From positions 1 to 52,973 of the IMG/VR virus record IMGVR_UViG_3300044576_000027: a stretch of DNA of 52,973 nucleotides. One strand, 5' to 3'. The notes under the pieces are model-generated. The model saw only the letters and a program-made list of their open reading frames with translations, was not told where the DNA came from and ran no database searches. This document shows, in pieces, positions 46,756-52,973 of this stretch. This DNA comes from a virus. Taxonomy: Duplodnaviria; Caudoviricetes. Position numbers and translations under genes: made by a program. How positions within the stretch are numbered: position 1 is the first letter of the stretch; each line of letters starts with the position of its first letter.

Positions 46756-49700
46756 ATGTCACTATATGATAAAATGTATGCAGAGAATAGAGCATTAGGC
46801 GTAGCACAAGATGTTAAAGATAATGAATTCAAGACAGCAAGAGAAAGAGATAAACTTGATACTATTGCATACAATGAATATCTTAAGAATGGTGAAATAT
46901 TGTATAATAATGGCAATCCTGTATCAGATGATCCACGAAATGAAATAAAACTTGATAGTAATGGTAAGCCATATAATACTGGAGCAATAATTGGTGGGCT
47001 AAAAGAAGCTTCAAATTTTATTGTAGATAATCTAGCACCAGATAGTTTAAAGTCAGATTTACATTCAAATATATATAAAGATGGAAGAATTTATGATACA
47101 TCAAATAAATCTGATTCTGGTATATTTTCAAAATATAGTGCCTCAAAAATGAAAGATTTTCTTGAAAATGTTGAAGATGATCCAAATGCAAAAGGTACAC
47201 TTTATGCAGAGAGAGTCTTTGCTGGTCTTAATCCCGATGGTTCGGAGAAGTATTATATTAAATATGGATACTCAAAAGATGGTTTAGTTGAGAGACAAGC
47301 ATCAAATAAAGGACTTGCCACAGAGATATTATGGCAAAAAAGATTTGCTAATGCAGAACAGGCTGAGAATAGAATAAATCAATTGAATTTTGAAGCAAAT
47401 AACAACGTTTATGATGTAGGTAATGGTAAGGTATCAGGCTTTGGTTCTGGATACTCTGAGATAGCAAAGAATGATATTTTAGGTATGTTAAATGTGAACC
47501 AGACAGACGAACAATTGACTGCAAACTATAATAAGAGTCTTGAAGATGCAAATAACTATAAATTTCAAAGAAAAGATGCTGATAAAAATAATACATTCTA
47601 TGAAAAATATGTAAAACTTGGTGACTATGGTGATGCATTGCAATACGGTGGCGTAAAACTTGTAAATGATTTGGCAGATACTGCTCTAACTGCTGTTGGT
47701 GCATTAGGTAATTATGTTGGACTTGAAAATGATTTAAAGAATAATATATTCGACAAATGGAGTAATAACGCTGCAAAAATAACTGGTTACAATGAAGCAG
47801 ACTTTAATGCTGCCATAAAAGAATCTGTTGGAAGATTTAAAGGTGGAGACTATTTTGGTGCAATAACTGGAGATTTTTCAACATTAGCTGAATCAATATT
47901 CTCTTCAGCTCCAGATATGGCTTTAATGTATGCTTCAGGTGGAGCTTCAATATTATCAAAATCAAGCAAAGGTAAAAAATATTATTCCTTGATTAAGAAA
48001 TCTGAAGAGGCACTAAAAAATGGAAACAAAAATCTAGCAGATAGTTTTTTATCTAAAGCTAACAAAATAAAAGACGATATTATAAAAACAGGCACAAATG
48101 CAGAGAAGGAATTTACTAATCTAACTGGAGAAATTAGCTCTATAAGAGATATAGCTTCAACTATAGGTAAAGACTATGGGTTTAATGCTATTGTTGCAAA
48201 ACAGACAAATGATGTTGTTGAGCAAAGAATAGCTAATGGTGACAAAGATATAACTGTAGGCGAGGTTGCTTCAATAGCTCTATCTCAATATTTAGCTTCA
48301 TCACTTGACAAACTTGCACTAGAAGAAGTTTTAAAGGCTCCAAAGACTATAGGAGTATTAAGAAAAGCTGTATCATCTATAACTGATAAAAGCAAGATTG
48401 CTTCTATTGGTGCAAAACTTCTTCAAAAGTCAATAGATGTTGTAAAAGCTTCTGGTGTAGAAGCTGGACAAGAGTATTTGCAAACATGGACTGAAGTTCT
48501 TGGAGCAGATGTTGGTGTAGATGGAAAAACACTAATAGAAGCATTAAAGGATGAATCAAACAATGATGAAGTACTTGGTGCTATGTTAGCTGGTGGTGTA
48601 TCTGGTGGTTCTGTTCATGGTATATCAAGTGCAGTAAACATTGTAACAGATAAATCTTTAGGTGCCATAGACACTGTAAAGCAAAATAGAGCAAATAGTA
48701 TAGATACTGCTTATGTAGAAAGACCAATGGATGATACATATAAAACAATAGTATCTAAAGAAGACTTTGATTCTCCAGAGCATACTGCTGAAGATAAACT
48801 GTATAGCATAAAAGAATTTCTTGACAATGATAGTGAGCATGACATTGAAGAAGATATAAAAAAAGAGTTACCAAAAAAGATAGTAGAGGTATCAATTGAG
48901 AATGCTATAGATAAAAAAGATCCTAATATTGCATCTCAAAACTTATCATCAATGCTGTTGAATATAAAGTCAAGTGATGTTAATAATAAAGAAAATATGA
49001 TAAGTGACTTGATAAGAATATCTAAAGAACATGGTGTTGATGTATCAAATGACATTCTTGAAACAGATGCAATTGATGACATGTTTAAAGCGATGTACGG
49101 TGCATCATCAAATAAAAAAGGTTCATCAATAAGAGAACCACAAACAGAAGATATAACAAATAATCCTATAGATTTTTCAGTAAACAATGAAGCTAGATCT
49201 GTTAAAAATAGGATGTATGGAAAATTAGATGACTCAATATCTTTAATGAGAAAAAAGATAGGTAGATATTCTAAACTTGGTCTAGACATAGCTCCATTAA
49301 CAAATGCATTAAAAACATTAGAAAAGTACAACAACACTAAAAAAATAAATGGAAATATAGGTTCAAAAGACATAAGAGATGTCTCAAATGAGATAAGTCA
49401 AATAGGTTTTATCTCCGATGATGGTTCACTAATTGCACCATCTATATCTGCTTATGATAAATTTTTACCAATGCTATTTGATCCATCTTCTTCAAAGAAT
49501 ATAGGTCCAATAAGAAGTGGATTTGTAAGCTTAAAGGGTTTTGATAGCTTCATTAGAAGTAGATATTCTCATATGTCTTCAATTGAAAACAATGAAGACT
49601 TGTTGATACAGAAACTAAAAGAATTAGATGAGTTGTCCGATACAATATCAAAAACAAACTCATCTATAGTGTCATCAGAATCAATATCAGATAGCAATAA

Positions 49701-51153
49701 AGCATCATATTCAAGTAAAATGATAGAGTTGCAAGATATCGTTAATGCTACAAGAAGTAGATTTTTTGACAAACTTGTAAATAGAAATATATCATATAAC
49801 ATTGCAAGAAAAGCAAACAGTGATCTTGACTACATTCCAACAGAAGAGATAGATAAAGCAATTCAAGATATAAAGAGTAATTCTTTAGACAAGAATTATA
49901 TAATGTCTAAATTTAAAGAAATAGCAAATAATGGATACATCTCTCCATCTGATGCTTCCAGGCTAATAGATGCTTCAAATATAACATATAGCAGTGATAG
50001 TACATTTGGTGGTTCAAAAAGTAATGTACAATCGGATATTAAAAAGGATGATGTATCCAAAAAAATAAATGATTTTGTTATAAAATTTCAAGCAAGTCAA
50101 AAGAATAAAAATGTGTCAAAGACAATAAGCGATAACGATTTTGATAAAGTTATGGCTGGCATGTTAAAGGCAATAAGCAATAATAGAACTGATGAAGTAA
50201 GTTTATTGTCAAAAGCTATTTCTGCTAGAAAATTAAGTGTTGAACAGATAAAGAAACTTTTTGCAATCGTAAATGCAAACAATAATTTTAGTCGTAAGGC
50301 TAAACAACTAAAAGAAGCAAAAGAACTTGAACTAGCTTCACTTGATGCTAAATCAAAAATAGCAATGCTTAAGAAATTTAAAAATGATTTAAATAAGGAA
50401 TTTAAAGACAGTAATCATTTTACAGTTTCTGATACAAAAGAATTTTCATCTGCTATTGGAATAATTTACAATGAATTATCAAAAGAAATAGAAGATACAT
50501 ATAATGAGATATTAAGCATATCTAGCGAGATTGACTATGTAAAATCAAATAGACTAGACAAGTCTAAAGATGCACAAAAAAAATCAAGTTCAAAAAAAAT
50601 AAGAGACAAGATAGGTAAAGCAATAAAAAAGTTCATATCGAGAATTTCAATTTTAAAAGATAGATTAAAAAAGGTAAAAGCTAAAAACAGAAATGATTTA
50701 AGAGATAAGAACTCACTTGATAAAATAATATTCAAAATACTGGGAGAGTCAAAAAGAAGTCATCAGAGAAAAGTAACAGAGAACAACTATAATGAAATAC
50801 TGTCACAAATAAACAAGACAATTTCATTGCTAAACGATAAAGGTAACAATAATGCGAGTGAACAAATAGATTCAAATATAAACGAAAAAAGAACCACAAA
50901 CACAGAAAGCACAAAAGGAAATATAGAAAGTATTGGTAAATATAGTAAAGTAAATGTAACTGATGGTTCAAAAAATATTGATAACAATATTACAATTATA
51001 AACAAAGATGATATAATTACTAAAATAAGTGAAGAACTTGTCAATTCGTATCCAGGTAAAGTTGATAATATAATAAATAATTTATTGAAAATCAAGGACA
51101 AAGATAAAGCAAATAGAATGCTGGAAATATTAAACGAATTCTCAAAATGTTAA
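46756..51153 (+). CDS. large ejection-type virion protein (vRNAP N-terminal-like)
   Basis: GVEAGQEYLQ...GAMLAGGVSGG ejection-protein pattern; occupies the vRNAP slot; no polymerase motifs recognised; TGTTATAAT promoter at 46717. Confidence 0.55.
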   Translation: MSLYDKMYAENRALGVAQDVKDNEFKTARERDKLDTIAYNEYLKNGEILYNNGNPVSDDPRNEIKLDSNGKPYNTGAIIGGLKEASNFIVDNLAPDSLKSDLHSNIYKDGRIYDTSNKSDSGIFSKYSASKMKDFLENVEDDPNAKGTLYAERVFAGLNPDGSEKYYIKYGYSKDGLVERQASNKGLATEILWQKRFANAEQAENRINQLNFEANNNVYDVGNGKVSGFGSGYSEIAKNDILGMLNVNQTDEQLTANYNKSLEDANNYKFQRKDADKNNTFYEKYVKLGDYGDALQYGGVKLVNDLADTALTAVGALGNYVGLENDLKNNIFDKWSNNAAKITGYNEADFNAAIKESVGRFKGGDYFGAITGDFSTLAESIFSSAPDMALMYASGGASILSKSSKGKKYYSLIKKSEEALKNGNKNLADSFLSKANKIKDDIIKTGTNAEKEFTNLTGEISSIRDIASTIGKDYGFNAIVAKQTNDVVEQRIANGDKDITVGEVASIALSQYLASSLDKLALEEVLKAPKTIGVLRKAVSSITDKSKIASIGAKLLQKSIDVVKASGVEAGQEYLQTWTEVLGADVGVDGKTLIEALKDESNNDEVLGAMLAGGVSGGSVHGISSAVNIVTDKSLGAIDTVKQNRANSIDTAYVERPMDDTYKTIVSKEDFDSPEHTAEDKLYSIKEFLDNDSEHDIEEDIKKELPKKIVEVSIENAIDKKDPNIASQNLSSMLLNIKSSDVNNKENMISDLIRISKEHGVDVSNDILETDAIDDMFKAMYGASSNKKGSSIREPQTEDITNNPIDFSVNNEARSVKNRMYGKLDDSISLMRKKIGRYSKLGLDIAPLTNALKTLEKYNNTKKINGNIGSKDIRDVSNEISQIGFISDDGSLIAPSISAYDKFLPMLFDPSSSKNIGPIRSGFVSLKGFDSFIRSRYSHMSSIENNEDLLIQKLKELDELSDTISKTNSSIVSSESISDSNKASYSSKMIELQDIVNATRSRFFDKLVNRNISYNIARKANSDLDYIPTEEIDKAIQDIKSNSLDKNYIMSKFKEIANNGYISPSDASRLIDASNITYSSDSTFGGSKSNVQSDIKKDDVSKKINDFVIKFQASQKNKNVSKTISDNDFDKVMAGMLKAISNNRTDEVSLLSKAISARKLSVEQIKKLFAIVNANNNFSRKAKQLKEAKELELASLDAKSKIAMLKKFKNDLNKEFKDSNHFTVSDTKEFSSAIGIIYNELSKEIEDTYNEILSISSEIDYVKSNRLDKSKDAQKKSSSKKIRDKIGKAIKKFISRISILKDRLKKVKAKNRNDLRDKNSLDKIIFKILGESKRSHQRKVTENNYNEILSQINKTISLLNDKGNNNASEQIDSNINEKRTTNTESTKGNIESIGKYSKVNVTDGSKNIDNNITIINKDDIITKISEELVNSYPGKVDNIINNLLKIKDKDKANRMLEILNEFSKC

Positions 51154-51166
51154 CAAGGAATACTAT

Positions 51167-52973
51167 ATGCCAAACAATTGTGATTTAAGTAGTGCTTTAG
51201 AAGAGCTGTCAAAAATTGGACTTTATTCGAAAGAAAATGATGCCTTTAGAGATATTATTGTTGAGATATCAAAGTCAAATAAAACACATCCATTATCTAA
51301 AAGTAACGATTTGGAATTTATAAAATCAAGAACAATTAGTGAAATAGATAACTCATTTGAATCAATTGATGGAATCAATAGCTCATTAAAGAAGTCAATA
51401 GAAAACAAAATAGATTCACTTAAGACATCAATATTAAAAGATTTTAATAGTATAGAGAAATATAGAAAAGAAAATATATATTTACATTACAAGCGTAGCA
51501 GTATAAAATACCTAAGAAGCATTCTTAAAAAAACTAAAAGCGATAGAGAAAAACATGGCAAGCACTATCTAAAATTAAAAAAAAATAATGATATTGCAGT
51601 AAAAAGAAATATTGAACTGTCAAAAGATTTATTAATATTAGAAAAAGAACTTAATCGTGAAAATAGTAAAATTGATGCCAACAACAAGAGAGGTGTAAAA
51701 TCTTACTATGAAAAGTTAAATGAGTTAACAAACAAGATCAATGAGATAAAAGAAGAAATACATAAAAATGATGAACACATAAATAGATTTAACATATATG
51801 ACAAAAATGATATCGATCTAAAGTACTCTGAGAAAATAAAAGATTTAGAGTACAAAATAGGTACACTCTCTGAAAATACAACTGGAGATAAAAGTTCTCA
51901 TGCTGAGAATGTATTAAATACAATAAAATCAAAAATATTAAATGTATTTAAGTATATAAGAGAAAAAATAAAAAATATATCTAAAAAAAGAGAAGACGTT
52001 AGGTACCTAGAATCATTAATTGATAAACTTGAAAATGGACAAAATTTATTAGATATTGATAATGATAGATTGAAACTAGAATTTAAAATAACAAGTGGAG
52101 AGTATATTGATGATACAGTCAAAGAATCCTATGATAAATTAACAAATAGTAATGAAAATATTAAGAATATTGTTGAAATAAAAAGTACACCACTTACAAA
52201 AGCAATTGATATAATGATTAGAATGAGAGACAAAGGCACAAAAGAAGTCTTTTCTACTATATCAAGACTGCAAGGTCATAATGTAAATATTGGAAAAATA
52301 AGCAGTGATGATATAGATATACTATCAAATATTTCAAGAAAAATTGGATTTTCAACATTAGACATTAATAAAGCTGTTGGTTCAACAAAAATAAAAGAAG
52401 ATACATCAATTGATAGTGGAAACAATGTATTTTATGTTTTAAATGACATTTTTAAAACAGAAAATGGTTTGTTAGGTAAAACTCAAATGATGGCTATAGC
52501 TATAGGTGTATCTGACGCTATCTCAAATTGGTCTATAAGAGCCAACAATCTTAGGAGAAAAGATGTTGACCAGTTATCAAAAGATACTGGGATATCACTT
52601 GAAGATGCAATGATTTTAAAAAGCCATCTTGAATCTGGAAAAATACCAACAAGACTAATGATAAAGGAAACTTCTCAGTTAGTAATGGATTCAATTGGAA
52701 TATCTGTAAAAAAAGATGTTGATCACAAAACAAAGGATATTATTGAATCTGGAATAGAAGCTTTAATTTTGGCTCAATTAAAATCATTCATTGGCAAACA
52801 AAATAAATCATCAATGTCAACAGAAGTTGTGGATATTGGGACTAAAAAATACACAATGATTTCGTTGAATGAGAAGTATATTGAAGATATTTTGGGATAC
52901 AAGATAAATGACATATCAAAGTCGATAAGAAACTTCTCATATATTGATGAAAATAGGTTAAAAAATACTGTAT
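51167..52973 (+). CDS. large protein running off the window end (possible vRNAP polymerase part)
   Basis: ATG 51167 with AAGGA SD; translated by hand at both ends in the same frame with no stop seen (MPNNCDLSSALEELSK...). Confidence 0.6.
   Translation, partial: MPNNCDLSSALEELSKIGLYSKENDAFRDIIVEISKSNKTHPLSKSNDLEFIKSRTISEIDNSFESIDGINSSLKKSIENKIDSLKTSILKDFNSIEKYRKENIYLHYKRSSIKYLRSILKKTKSDREKHGKHYLKLKKNNDIAVKRNIELSKDLLILEKELNRENSKIDANNKRGVKSYYEKLNELTNKINEIKEEIHKNDEHINRFNIYDKNDIDLKYSEKIKDLEYKIGTLSENTTGDKSSHAENVLNTIKSKILNVFKYIREKIKNISKKREDVRYLESLIDKLENGQNLLDIDNDRLKLEFKITSGEYIDDTVKESYDKLTNSNENIKNIVEIKSTPLTKAIDIMIRMRDKGTKEVFSTISRLQGHNVNIGKISSDDIDILSNISRKIGFSTLDINKAVGSTKIKEDTSIDSGNNVFYVLNDIFKTENGLLGKTQMMAIAIGVSDAISNWSIRANNLRRKDVDQLSKDTGISLEDAMILKSHLESGKIPTRLMIKETSQLVMDSIGISVKKDVDHKTKDIIESGIEALILAQLKSFIGKQNKSSMSTEVVDIGTKKYTMISLNEKYIEDILGYKINDISKSIRNFSYIDENRLKNTV

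Noticed and set aside
1-52973. Alternative genetic code or stop-codon reassignment
   Set aside because: Standard code 11 gives dense, full-length genes, with TAG, TAA and TGA all used as stops

Overview
This is a 53-kb segment of a very AT-rich, N4-like (Schitoviridae-type) podophage genome. The host is probably a Campylobacterota bacterium, inferred from TGnTATAAT promoters that mostly lack -35 boxes and an ...IDIDEDIIPF tail. The left part (1-18130, mostly minus strand) holds early and replication genes: an N4 gp43-like P-loop primase/ATPase running off the left edge, an SF2 helicase, thyX, three Rha/KilA-N regulators, a GNAT protein, a compact 571-aa single-chain T7-type RNA polymerase, and small early genes each preceded by a 15-bp phage-promoter-like repeat. 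It also contains an origin-like module (13100-14800) and a probable genome-end region near 16100-16400. The right part (18202-52973, plus strand) follows the N4 late gene order: small terminase, large terminase with a 400-aa class-3-like LAGLIDADG intein, tail proteins, lysis cassette, portal, scaffold, major capsid protein, gp55-gp51-like proteins, and a vRNAP-position locus split into a 1465-aa ORF and a second ORF running off the right edge. The most notable non-coding signals are: (i) five Rha/KilA-N cassettes with structured leaders, three showing a complete two-hairpin loop-loop complementary architecture and four linked to a GAACCA-containing boundary/promoter repeat; (ii) about 120 copies of GAACCA/TGGTTC on both strands; (iii) a ~91-nt candidate sRNA whose loop holds two anti-Shine-Dalgarno motifs matching several phage RBSs. 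All calls come from manual motif reading and synteny; no database searches were run.
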